Made by a program: the position numbers and the translations under genes | NCBI GenBank assembly: GCA_000002445.1 | Contig: AE017150.2 | Location: 608,001 to 672,000, forward strand | DNA: 64,000 nucleotides | Source: Trypanosoma brucei | Lineage: Eukaryota | Direction: 5' to 3' | Notes under the pieces: model-generated | Told to the model about the DNA's origin: nothing | The model's database searches: none | What the model saw: only the letters and a program-made list of their open reading frames with translations | Shown: positions 9,080 through 18,204 of the stretch, in pieces | How positions within the stretch are numbered: the first letter of the stretch is position 1 | Layout of the letters: the number at the start of each line of letters is the position of its first letter

Positions 9080-11488
9080 ACTCACCTTCACTCTTATACA
9101 AATGTGCAGGTTTTTTTTTAAACAGCGAGTGTAAATAAAAAAAAAATAATAATGACAGTGAATTGAAAACAGCTGCATAGATCCGTGAGACAGGGAAGAA
9201 GTGCCGGCGACCTTTGCTTTTCTTTTTCCTTTTTTTCACTACTTTTATGGCCGTCCGTAAGGCGGTCTATAGAAAGGTAACGCCTTTCTGCGGAACGGTT
9301 TCCCACGCCGTAGTTGTTGTTTCCACCTTGCTCATCGTAAATGAGTGTTTCTACCGGAACTAACTGTCATGTAAACTATAAGCTTCTTCACCTCTTGCTA
9401 AACTAGGAGTTTCATGTTGCGACAATAAGCACATCCCTTGACGCACTCAGTGTTCTTTCCATACGGAAGTTGCCTGTGGTTTTCAATCTTTGAGAGGTAT
9501 TACCTTGTTTGTGGAATGTGGACCGGAGGGCGGTGGCGGAGACTGGTACCGGAAGGCCATTTGGCACTGTGTCTACCTGGTGGCGTCGTAGGGGGCACCG
9601 GGTAACGAGGCGAGGGCGCGATGTGGAGTCGCCTTTTGGGTCATGGGGTTTTTGTTTTACCGGGAGACATGGCTCCTTTTTTCGTCCGCCTCCACCTGGA
9701 CTCTTACTTCACGCTCTGCTTTCGCTTCCCATGTAACGCAAAGGCGCGGGGGCATTATGTACGATGCCGCAGGGGGCGGGTTGCTGGGCACATTCGTGTT
9801 CACATGACTGGCGCAGTTCCGTTAAGCTTAGAACGACCAACGCGGCTGGCATCTTCTCAAAAGAGCGTGGCGTTGGGGCGCTCCCCCGAATTTGCTCGGG
9901 AAGGTAATGCAGTACAATTTCTTCATCGTGACGAGGCGGGTTGTCTTCGGTCTCTTTGCTGGCTCACCGATGTGGGCGTACAGTCTCGTCCTTCCCGAGA
10001 AGTTTTTCGTGCAGCACTGACCTCTCTGGACAGGGAAATTTTACCACTCGTCAGAGCGCCGAAATGTAATGCCGTCGAAACTTCAGGAAGCCAAATCGTT
10101 ACTACTCCTTGAGGGTAAGGCGGTGAGACCTCTCCCCTCTGTTTTATTGGCTGTGGTTGCGTTTCCTCCACCACTGTTGGCGGCTTTTTTTTCCACTGCA
10201 TCTGTGAGCCCATTTTTTCCCCTTAGCTCCTTCGGGGCGCCATGCTGCAGCTGGCGGTCGACAATTTCTGGCAACCAATCTCTAATCTTCTTTGGAAACG
10301 ATTGTTGTGTAGCCCGCTAAAACCCTTCAGCGCGCTCTGTTAGCATCGCATCTACAGCTAAACATAACTCCTCTTTACAACTTTCGGTTCCAGCGCACGG
10401 AAGGTTAATTGCTTTTTCTGACATTTGGGAGCCGCACCGTGCATTTGTCTTCTCAGGCCTCTGAGGTTTTCGAGACGCAAAGCTGTTCCTCACCCCGGAG
10501 ATATCACAACCACTGATGCGGGGATGGATCCCCCATGAGCACTGCTTTGAAGCTTGTCGAGGTCCGTTTTCCTTTTTCTTTTCGGACGGGTGCCTGAATT
10601 CCTGCATGTGGTTCCTAAAGTTGGGGAAGCGCTTATTGGCGCTGTGTGCCAGCGGTCATGTGTAGTTTGCGCATTCATTCGTCCCGTGAGCGAGCCCCAA
10701 CGTAGCGGTGGGATCGTTGCAACAGAAGAGGAAGAGAAAGAGAGGTTGAAAGTCTATTCTAAGGCGGATATTGTTCCGGGTCTTTTCCCAAGAGCGTAAC
10801 CCTCTGGACACGCATTGTGTACGATTGGTCTTTGGACGCGAAAGGGTACGTTCAGCAAGGCCGCTCATACGGAACGCCCAACCAAAACGTTCCTGTTTCC
10901 GTCAAACCATTATGGAAAAGAAATTGCCAGTAGTTTGAAAGCATTTAACCAATGCAACACTTCTCACTCTTTTTCTTGAGTCCCCGTCTTTTGGCGATAT
11001 CTCCAATCTTACGCGGTGGTTACACTCGCACTTCCCCCTTTAATCCTTCAACCACACTGATTTTTCCTCTAATAATTATTAAGCACTACCTTAGCATAAG
11101 CAAGACCATCCGCTACCAGGGGTAAATGTGTCCTTGGCGACTTTTTCCCTACCCGCAGCATCCCCCCTTTTTTGTTTCAAAACCGACCCAAATCTATTTA
11201 AGGTAACGGAACAGCGTCAGTATACGCGCATGTATATATGCCCCTTTTTAAAAATCCATTCCTTCTGCCGCTGACCGAACAACACAAGGGTAGGGGACCG
11301 GAAAAGAAAGAAAACCAAACCCTCCAGAGACAGTGGGGGCCTCTTTAACAGGGCAAGGCCGCTGTTTACCGCAATAAAATCCTCGAAACAAATTTTCCAC
11401 GGAGAAGCTGCTTTGCCGCCTTGTGTCAGAAATGGCGGTGAATACTAGGAAGAAAAGAAAAAGATGTGATGGTGGGTCCTTTCCTCAG
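9080..11488. other. Convergent strand-switch region. The last + strand gene ends at 9079 and the first - strand gene's 3' end is at 11489. It contains a GC-rich island of about 1.4 kb at about 9500-10900.
   Basis: All supported CDS up to 9079 are on the + strand and all supported CDS from 11489 onward are on the - strand. The island's base composition is visibly GC-richer than any other non-coding stretch in the window. Confidence 0.75.
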
Positions 11489-12136
11489 TTACACCATTTC
11501 CACTCTCCTTGGATATCCCTGAACCCTCATTTGATGTTGTTGTTGTGTCAGCAGGCACCCCAAAATCATCTCTTGGAGGGCCAGCCAAGCCCCGGGAACA
11601 AAACGAGGATCCCATAACAACAATAACAACGGAAGGAAGCAGGCAGCCGCTATGACCACTGTGTTCACGAGACTTTCCTGAAGTCCATAGTGTTGAAGAA
11701 CCATGAACCGATTCGCAAACACGGCGCACCACGGGCAGCAGAAGACTTCCGTGCCCATACAACATTTTTCGAACCCATGACAAACACAGCATGAGCACTG
11801 GCCACACATACCACCAAAGCAGGTGTATTGTTGAAAGTCGCTTAGTAGTAGCGCTTCCCGTTGCGCATAGGCACAAAATATGGTACCAGCACAGGAACCC
11901 AAGCAAAAGCAGCAATCTTTACAAGGGGCGGTGATCATTCCTGTTTCCCACTCATTTTCGGACCCCGGCGCACCCGACGCTCCATCACCAAACCCTTGGC
12001 CGGGAGGAACGTACGTTGACTTGGGAGGTTGGGGATATCCCTGGCCTGGTTTTGAAATGTCAACTTCACCCACTACAGGTGCCATTTCAGTTTCCCTTCC
12101 CCCACTTGGGTAGCTTTGGGCGGGGTTTTCAGACAT
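11489..12136 (-). CDS. PLAC8-family (FW2.2/CNR-like) Cys-rich protein of about 215 aa, with a Pro/Gly-rich N-terminus and a hydrophobic C-terminal extension.
   Basis: Signature Cys clusters: WETGMITAPCKDCCFCLGSCAGTIFC and CCMGTEVFCCPWCAVFANR. Compare human PLAC8 ...WQTGMCDCFSDCGVCLCGTFCF... and CCPHCTLCQ. The track start at 12169 is GTG, so I reset it to the first ATG at 12136 (MSENPAQ...). Confidence 0.7.
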   Translation of the reverse strand: MSENPAQSYPSGGRETEMAPVVGEVDISKPGQGYPQPPKSTYVPPGQGFGDGASGAPGSENEWETGMITAPCKDCCFCLGSCAGTIFCAYAQREALLLSDFQQYTCFGGMCGQCSCCVCHGFEKCCMGTEVFCCPWCAVFANRFMVLQHYGLQESLVNTVVIAAACFLPLLLLLWDPRFVPGAWLALQEMILGCLLTQQQHQMRVQGYPRRVEMV

Positions 12137-12199
12137 GCAGCGTACTCTTGATTTTAAATTACTAACCACTGGTTGTGCAGAACCCGTAAGTGAAAAAGG

Positions 12200-15100
12200 C
12201 GAAGCGCTTTTACCATTTTCAGCAGGGGCGAACGGACCAGTGGTTTTATTAAATTGCGACTGGAAGAAAAAGTGACGTCACCAACCCGCTGACGAAACGG
12301 CGCGCGGACTATTCATTCTGAGATGGTCCGGAATTACGCTGAATAGTAAAAACAGCGATGGCGTACCTGGAAACGGCGTGTGGGTGTCTGCAGCGCAGTG
12401 CGGATCAACACCGTGCGGTATCATGATATTCACCACAGTTCCAAACGAATTTATATAAGGGAGTGCGTATGGAAAAATCCGGCGCCAAGTTTACAGCATT
12501 CTAGACGGTGTTAAAATTGCCCTCCTTTTACACGTTGACACAACTGTGGTATCAGCATCACTTTTTATGGTTCCCTTTACTCCGCCACAAAAGCAACTGC
12601 GCTTCTTAATACCGTAAAACGTTATAACTCCTTCTCCTTTCTCCATTGTTTGCTACCTCCCAATCACATGCCACTAAATCGTGGCGCAACCTTCTCCCCA
12701 TTTTCCGGTATGTCACTTCGCCACATCCAAATGAACTGGTACATTTTAATTTGTGGCGCCACATGTCTTTAATCAAATGTACCCATTGCTTCATTCCAAA
12801 CAACATATGTGCACAAATACGTCCCTCCCTATTCGCGTTTGGCGACGGAAATGGCAATATTCCCTTCTTTTTTTTCTTTTCCTCAACACCAACACGCTCC
12901 ACCCCGTAAGATCAAAATATTTCTTGTAAAGTCAAAACCATAATCCACCAGCTCCAATTGCTTTTACCGGTGTGGCGCCCGTCGTCTTTCCCCCCTCGTG
13001 AGAAGCGGCACCATCGGGGAAGTTTTGAGGGAGATGTGATGATATCGTGCATTTGAGCTTCAGTGCAAAGCGCAGAGCAGACAAACACACACGTAAAAGT
13101 GGTAAACATTGTTTAGAAATGAGACATCACTAAACCTTTCCTTTCTTTAGCGTTGGCACTTATTGAAACTTAAAACTGACAATACACCTTACATAATCCC
13201 TTTACGACTCCATTTCCCTTGTCGGCTGGGTAGTTTTTTTTTTCCCCCTTTTTCCCTCTTTTTGGAAGCTTCATTCCTCTCACCTATCGGAGTGTTTCAC
13301 CTGAATTAAGATGAGTAACCGGCATTATTCCTTCAGGTGTTCTGTGAAGTCCCTTAAACGGGATCCTATTATTATTATTATTGTTATTACAGTTAACGAG
13401 TCCGGATAAATAACTTCCCTTCATTGTTAGCGCACCTTCCCTCCACTATTCATCAGAATCAACAACATTTAACAACAACTGCAACGCACCTCGCTTTCCA
13501 ACACTCAACTGTTGAGAGTTTTTTTTTTCTTTTCCATCCTTGAGGCTTTAGCGTGTTATGAAATCGGGTCCGCTCAAATTGCGAGGCTTAAATTACCATT
13601 TATTTATTTTGCCCCCGTGTATGCAATAACATGTGCAAACCACCACGTATAGCCGGATGGAAAAAAATGATAATAATAAAATAAGGCGACATTATCCGAT
13701 AATTACGCACCATTTTCTCTTTACAATATCATTGGGAGTAAATTGTGCTCTCGTATGCGCGGCGAGATTACGAGACAATAGTGAAGTCAGAAAAAAAATA
13801 ATAATAATATAAACATGTTTTACCGGCAAAAGAAAAAAGCCGATTTAAAAGGAAATGTTTGTGCATTCCCTTACAGAAGTGAGGAATTGGAGGGGGGGGG
13901 GGAGGAATTATTGAGTCCGGTTACTGTTTTTTTTTTTAAATTAAATTTAATCTAATTTAACTTTATTATCCCCCATTGGAGTAAATTCACCTTCAGGGTT
14001 ACAAATATGAAGTGGAGGCGCAAACAAAAACATACCTCTGGTTGAAGTCCGCGACTGATACATTTATATTTGACCCCCACTTTTTTTTTTAAATCCTGAG
14101 GAAAAAAAAAAACTCAATAGTCGCTTATAATTCAATACAAAAACCTTTTTTTTTTTTTAAAGACGCGAGTTGCAACATTGCGGTTGCGCATGGAGAGGCT
14201 TCCAAAAGTTTGTTTGAGCTTACGGACGCGTGTATTTGTGGAAACTTTTGCATTTAAACTAAAAAGAAATAAATAAATAAATATATATTTCTATATTTAT
14301 ATATTTGAGCTTATGTAAGCAATTACCTTTTTTATATTCATGTACAAATGGAGGGGAGAGGATGGAAGAAAAAAAATAAAAAGAGAAGAAAAGAAAAGAG
14401 AAAATACCTGTGACTAGTAATTAAGCAAAACGAACCATTCACAGGATCTGGTAAATTAAAATAACAGCAGAAATAGAAAGAAAAGGAAAAAAAAAGGAGG
14501 AATTAAAATGGGTTCGTGAAGTTAATCTACCGTCCTGTTGGGTTTCGCTGTTGGACTCAACCCTCACTGTTACAATCATTAAAAGGAAAGAAAGAAAAAA
14601 AAAGAAAAAAAAACAAATACGAATAAATAAAAAAATTTTTGTACCGTTTAATTAATAAGCAGAAGTGAGTCGAAAACGTTCGCAAACAAACAAATAAATA
14701 AAAAGATGAGAGAAGCGAAGAGGGAAAATTAAAAAAAAAAATCAAGAAAAAAAAGAAGAAAAAGGAAAAAAAAAGCCCCCATCCGCTTTTTCTCTCCCCG
14801 TTTCCCGTCACTAAACATTTCCGTCCATTCCGCATTCCATATGTATGAAATAAGCAGTTGGGAGGAGAGCGGGTTATGTGGAAGGACTTAAATAAAAATA
14901 AGTGAACGAATAAACATGCGAACCACCACCAAAGTTACTACAACCACAACCACAACCACAACCACAACAAAAAAAAAACAACAATAAACCAAGGAGGAAG
15001 GAGAAAAAAAAAAGAGAAACAACAAAAACAAACAAACAAACGACATTGCCGTCGAAACCCCCACATGATAATTTGGGAAAATGTGTGCGAGTACGCGAAG

Positions 15101-15660
15101 GCAAAAATCCCCATTGTGTATACCCTCCTCACCTCCCGCTGTGATGCAGTACACGGGGTTAATCGATAAATTACAAAAAAAAATAATTAAGAAAACATAA
15201 ATGAAACAAATAAACAAAAGATATAAATAAAATAAATAAATAAATATATATGTAGGAGAGAACAGAAGTAAACACACACGAGAAAACAACAAAAACAACA
15301 ACAATTTGGAACGTAAATCGACCGCGCCTTGTACATTTCATTTCAGCTTTACCGCCACTTGCATCGTCAGTTCCCACATGCGCATCTGCCAATTCGCACA
15401 AGCAGCCATGCAGGCGGTTAGCCGACCCTCCGTGCGTAAATCAACATGTCCTAACCCATCCGTGTTGAGTGTGTAATACATACATGATTGCTAAACGGAC
15501 GAAAATGATAATAATAAAAATAATATTCAAACAAGTGGAAAATCGATGTTTTTCCTTTCCTTTACTTTCTTTTCTCTCATTTTTTTTCTCTTTTGTTGCG
15601 GTGGTCGCCCCCTTTTATTTAACTTAACACTCCCCTTCACCGGTAACTTTTACCAATTGG
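12200..15660. repeat. Low-complexity spacer of about 3.4 kb. It holds homopolymer runs (A/T tracts and G11 at about 13884), purine-rich tracts on the + strand (14560-15010), an (ACAACC)n run at 14938-14966, and AT microsatellites.
   Basis: Read directly from the sequence. ORFs called here (14557..14835, 14888..15304, 15171..15401) are Phe/Leu/Lys-rich translations of these tracts. Confidence 0.8.
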
Positions 15661-15668
15661 AGCCTAAA

Positions 15669-16802
15669 TCAGCATTTCCCACGAGCGAAATTTTTGTCTT
15701 TCCACTGCAGCACCACGGGCGGAGGCGTTTCCGAGTTGTTGGGAAACAACTTCATTAAATATCCGTAATCCTTTTCCTTAATATGATGAACAACCATAGT
15801 TTTTTCTGTAACCACCTTTGACAAACGCCTCCTTAAATGACTAATGTAGTGGCATCTACCAATATCAGCCGTCACAAGATCGCTATATCCCACCTTTTCC
15901 CCTAACGTCACGGCCACCATCACATCTTCATTAAACATCGCCATTTCACGGAAATCTTCTATGTTACTTTCCGAATAAGGTGTATTTACTAAACGCTCAA
16001 GTGGACTGTAATTTACTACACCATCTGCAACATCTCGTGATAATGTAACACAATATCCTGCTATAAATGGAACCCATCTGTCTACGAAAACTTCAGGTGT
16101 TAGGCCATACCAACCCATGTATAAACGATATTTTGGCATTAATTTCAGGCTAGATAAATAATACGGAACTCTAATGAACAAATCATCATCGGCCTTCATT
16201 ATATACGTTGCAGTTCCAAAAAAATTCGAGGCGAATTTGAGCCACAAATATGTCTTTTTGCTCATTACCAGTTCCACCTCATTTCCCCAACTTTGCAACT
16301 CGCCGATTACCTTACCATTTGTTGAGGGTACATCAAACGTTGGGAGCACAATAATATCATGATTTTTTTGTGCCTCAGCCCTCACGGAATCGGAGAGGAT
16401 GAAATCATTTCTCTCATGAGGGGAGAGAAGATATAATGGTATAAGATCGCCTGCGAAATCATTGCGTCTCGTGGCAACACCACCATATGTCCAACATGTG
16501 GATCGTTGCAACCCACGCCTTCTAAACCGCTCCTTGTTGTCTATTGAAGGTATGCCAGCTGCCACAAGATATTTGGAGCTCTCCCAGATTTTAATAGTTT
16601 TCTCGGGGACAAGTGTCAGGTACTCGTCATTATCGACTTCGGTTAAGTGCATCTGCTGACGCCTCTGCTGGAATGTTAGTTCTTTTCGTTTGGGTTGTTT
16701 ATTTATCCAAGCTATGAATAGTACAGCAAACACAAGAAAAACAACCAATACGATGCGCTTCCTTCGTGTGGAGCCCACCATCTGTAAACCCTTCGACACC
16801 AT
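15669..16802 (-). CDS. Putative UDP-sugar-dependent glycosyltransferase (377 aa), a type-II membrane protein. It resembles the trypanosomatid family of beta1-3 Gal/GlcNAc transferases.
   Basis: Short N-terminal cytoplasmic tail (MVSKGLQMVGSTRRKR) followed by one TM helix (IVLVVFLVFAVLFIAWI). A DxD-type motif sits at IMKADDDLFIRVPYY. The overall size and topology fit a Golgi glycosyltransferase. Start ATG checked. Confidence 0.65.
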   Translation of the reverse strand: MVSKGLQMVGSTRRKRIVLVVFLVFAVLFIAWINKQPKRKELTFQQRRQQMHLTEVDNDEYLTLVPEKTIKIWESSKYLVAAGIPSIDNKERFRRRGLQRSTCWTYGGVATRRNDFAGDLIPLYLLSPHERNDFILSDSVRAEAQKNHDIIVLPTFDVPSTNGKVIGELQSWGNEVELVMSKKTYLWLKFASNFFGTATYIMKADDDLFIRVPYYLSSLKLMPKYRLYMGWYGLTPEVFVDRWVPFIAGYCVTLSRDVADGVVNYSPLERLVNTPYSESNIEDFREMAMFNEDVMVAVTLGEKVGYSDLVTADIGRCHYISHLRRRLSKVVTEKTMVVHHIKEKDYGYLMKLFPNNSETPPPVVLQWKDKNFARGKC

Positions 16803-18204
16803 TTTCCGGATCGTATACCTAAAACAAGAGATTAAATAACAGCAACAATAATAATAACAGCAATAATAATAAAATCATCACATAATGATTAATTGTGGTG
16901 CCGCTACAGAGTAGAGGGTATTATTTCCACCAACACCTCACCGCCTTACGACTTACTTTCGGGGAGGGAAAACTGGGGAAGGGGGTTAGGAGGCGGGCTA
17001 AGCACCTCTTTTTTGTTTTGTTTTGTGTTTTTTTTTTCGATACGGACGAACTCCTTTTTGCATCCCCACATATGAGGGAGACCACGCTGCGTGAGGTGGA
17101 GCGTATAAGTAAAAAAGTAAAAAAATAAATAAATAAAATAATATATATATATATATATATACCATTGACGCCTAATCGTTTCCCCCCTTCCCCAACTCAG
17201 CAACCTTTCCTCATCTCCCCCCATTCACGTAAGTGAGTTGTAACAGCCAATTTGCGGAAACCTCCACTTATACGTCCAGATAAGTTACACCAGCCATAGA
17301 ATGGGTCATTCTCACAACATGGTGCTGGTACTTACGACATATATATATATATATATATATATTCATTTATATATACATAAATATATGTATACGTAAGTCC
17401 GCTTTTATATTATAGCTGGGTCTCGTGCTCCCGGTTGCGGTGGAGCGATTTGTCCCTTCTTCCTTCCCTTACATAAACTCTACACGTGAATGAGGGGGAA
17501 TGACCGCCCAAAGCATGAGTTAGTGTGCAACACGGCAAATGTGGATGATGTTCCTCACTCACTCACGCATGAGCAAGAACACACACACACAAAAAAAAGA
17601 AAAATAAATAAATAAAAGCAAGGGATATAGAAGGGTATTCACGCCACGCGCACATTAAAGCGCTTACATATATTTGTGCATTTACAAGGGACTTATTTTA
17701 TTGGCATCTACGAACGGGTACCATTTGGAGGTTCCAGCTTCACAAACACTGGGTTGTAGGGGCAGACACTTACTTTCACTTTTCGCACAATGGGGACTTC
17801 CCCCCCCCCCCTCGTAAGTACTAATGATGATCATGGATGCCCAAAGAATGAATTGGCGAGGCTTGAGCTAATACACACACATACACATACACGCACACAC
17901 ATACCTATATATAATTATATATGCAAATATATATATATATATATACGTATATATATTGTGTATACAATGTGAACAAGGGTAGCGAGAGAGGGCGCTTGGA
18001 CCCCTCGCCTATAGCAACAGCCCTCAGTTTCACATCATGCTTTGATAAACCTGTTCGAATAAGCACTACAGCGACTGCCACGTCCTTTACGTGCCCTTCA
18101 AAAAGCTCAGGTAAGCCGCAGTTACTGGACTTCCATTTGCGGCTTTTCATCGTTGATGGCCACCCTTTCTTTCCCTTTTCAACTTATAGGGCGATCACTT
18201 GCCT

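Larger units (their letters stand above)
1..9200 (+). repeat. Head-to-tail tandem array of about 3542-bp units. Unit boundaries recur at 1, 3543 and 7085. Units 1 and 2 are near-identical. Unit 3 keeps the 5' flank, the gene start and the gene 3' end, then diverges after about 9135.
   Basis: The string 'ctagggatcgaaagctctcaggtggcaatgcttggcgg' recurs at 1, 3543 and 7085, with the third occurrence differing by one base. ORF-track entries are duplicated at a fixed offset of 3543 (681 and 4224; 2271/2304 and 5848; 237, 3778 and 7322). Confidence 0.95.

Noticed and set aside
9621-10112. 163-aa + strand ORF inside the GC-rich island.
   Set aside because: It is Arg/Gly/His-rich, as expected for a random frame in GC-rich DNA. 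It has no motif, and the flanking frames are broken. I report the island as a feature of unknown nature, not as a gene.
9080-11488. I searched for a tRNA or snRNA gene in the convergent strand-switch region, as these are often present at trypanosomatid termination sites.
   Set aside because: I found no GTTCGAATC/GTTCAAATC-type T-loop with matching acceptor stem by eye. A proper tRNAscan/Infernal run is needed before excluding it.
14888-15304. 138-aa and other ORFs rich in F/L/V/K across low-complexity DNA (also 29218..29706, 30056..30433, 30301..30663, 53239..53694, 55353..55760).
   Set aside because: These are translations of homopolymer and microsatellite tracts such as poly-A/T, (CT)n and (ACAACC)n. 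They have no start-codon context or domain.
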